NCBI GenBank assembly: GCA_965644295.1
Contig: CBFFRP010000123.1
Span: forward strand, 372,001-436,000
Origin: Paraphysomonas bandaiensis
Taxonomy: Eukaryota; Protista; Chrysophyceae
Direction of reading: 5' to 3'
DNA length: 64,000 nucleotides
The translations under genes and the position numbers were made by a program. The first letter of the stretch is position 1; every line of letters starts with the position of its first letter. Below, one piece after another: positions 62,576 through 64,000 of this stretch. Under the pieces are notes generated by a model that saw nothing but the letters and a program-made list of their open reading frames with translations, searched no databases and was not told where the DNA came from.

Positions 62576-64000
62576 CTACAGATCAATATTAGAGCGACGC
62601 CCGACAGTGATGCTAACTGGGGTGGCCACAGGTAATTCAATATAAGTCGAGTTGGCTCGAGAGGATGGTATACTGATGTCGCTAACTTCCACAACTGTGC
62701 CGGCCGGAGTTGCTGATGAACGAGACTGACTCGGCGTAACCTCAGCAGTACTGACAGCTCTGTCACCTGGCATAAATACCTGAGCGCGGGGTATATAATT
62801 AATTCCACGGAAAACAACATCATTATGCCGCTGCTTCCATTTATAAACGCAATGAATTGCTCCCCGTATCGCAATAAGAGTAAAAAACACTGCTAGAACT
62901 GATACGAACACAACACCAAAATCAACTTCTGTGTTAGAATCGGACCCACTTCCTCTAACGACTTCTCTAACCCTGGTTGGCACAGAGGTTGGCATCGTTG
63001 GCTGAGGGGTAGGTACAAGAGTTGGGGTTCTTGTCGGCTGAGGTGAGGGCTCGGATATGGGAACATAGGTGGGAATACTACTTGGCGAAGTTGGGCCGAT
63101 TGACGGTGTAGTTGACGGTACAGAAGTTGTTGGAGTGGCGGATGGACTGGTAGGGGCAACAGACGGTGATTCTGTCGGCTGCGACGATATTGTAGGTACG
63201 TTTGTGGGAACCGGTATCAGAGAGTACATGTATGCCGACCCCGAGCTTATCCCATTATCATCCGTACCGTATGCAGTAACAGATATAGTACTTTCGTATA
63301 CCCTTGTGGCGACACCAAAGTAATCTTGGTAAATACCATCCATAGCAACTAGCTTCATGTGCTGTGTCCACTCGCTCTCTTCCCGCCGAAAGACATAAGT
63401 TGATCCTATCGTGTTATTAAAAAACACATCAATCTATATTGCAGCCGCTTCAGTACCTGAATCGAGCCCCTTATCATCGTCAGTAGCAGCGGACACAAGC
63501 GCTGTGTTGCCATAGATTGATACACTTGTTCCTAGAAAATCACCAGATGATGTATCTGCGGATTGAAGCTTAGCAGTACGTGTCCACATCGCCCCGCTGT
63601 ACGTAAATATATACGCAGCACCTTAACATTCAACACATGTAAGATATTTGTATCACCCATTACACAAAGGAGGGAACTATACCTGCATTAGCCCCATAAG
63701 TCTGGTCTCTATAGGCACCACCAATAAAATTTTCTCCGTGCATTTGTAAAGATACTCCAAAATAACTTAAAATTCGTTATACAGAGTAGAATAAGAAAGA
63801 CCATCGCCTCGTACCTGAAACTCTGAGCATCTGTTGGTATTACCATTTGTTGCTGAGACCATTTGGATGCACCGCTGCTGCTTTCTCTAGAAAATGCATA
63901 CACTGCCCCGCGTCGGTTAAAAAATCCATACGCCCCCACCAACAGCTGATCTTCAAAAGTACTTACTGACAGCCCAAAGTAGTTTTCACTTGCACCGTCA
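62576..64000 (-). CDS. FG-GAP (integrin-alpha-like beta-propeller) surface protein with PT-rich stalk and TM; 5' part outside the window
   Basis: Repeats YFGLSVS...VGAYG...GAVYAF, DDKGLDSG, DYFGVAT...DDNGISSGSAYMY; (PT/PS) stalk; TM FGVVFVSVLAVFFTLIAI. Confidence 0.88.

Overview
Gene-dense eukaryotic DNA with many short (about 40-130 nt) spliceosomal introns; the gene content and style suggest a stramenopile-type protist (inference). About 17 genes or gene fragments are supportable: a KIX/MED15-like gene, an EF-hand pseudo-calpain, a catalytically degenerate RIOX1/NO66-like JmjC protein, an M18 aspartyl aminopeptidase, AP-2 sigma, an ACAP-type ArfGAP, a GCIP/CCNDBP1-like protein, an acylated EF-hand protein, a four-TM protein, a purple acid phosphatase, a giant BEACH protein, a tandem double ATP-grasp ligase, MLH1, SRP14, a type II membrane protein with duplicated methyltransferase/kinase-like modules, and a partial FG-GAP protein. 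The most interesting signal is a dispersed, structured ~430-480 nt retroelement-like repeat (4 headed copies and 3 tail-only fragments). Its sharply defined 5' end folds as an HDV-like ribozyme with an imperfect P1. One copy follows what looks like the end of a LINE ORF, and one tail is fused behind a degenerate tRNA-Gly carrying a GTC anticodon. Also present are two copies of a Crypton-like repeat with a terminal hairpin, a 271-bp near-perfect foldback, and a 624-bp perfect (TACA)n tract. All family assignments come from reading motifs by eye; no database search was run.
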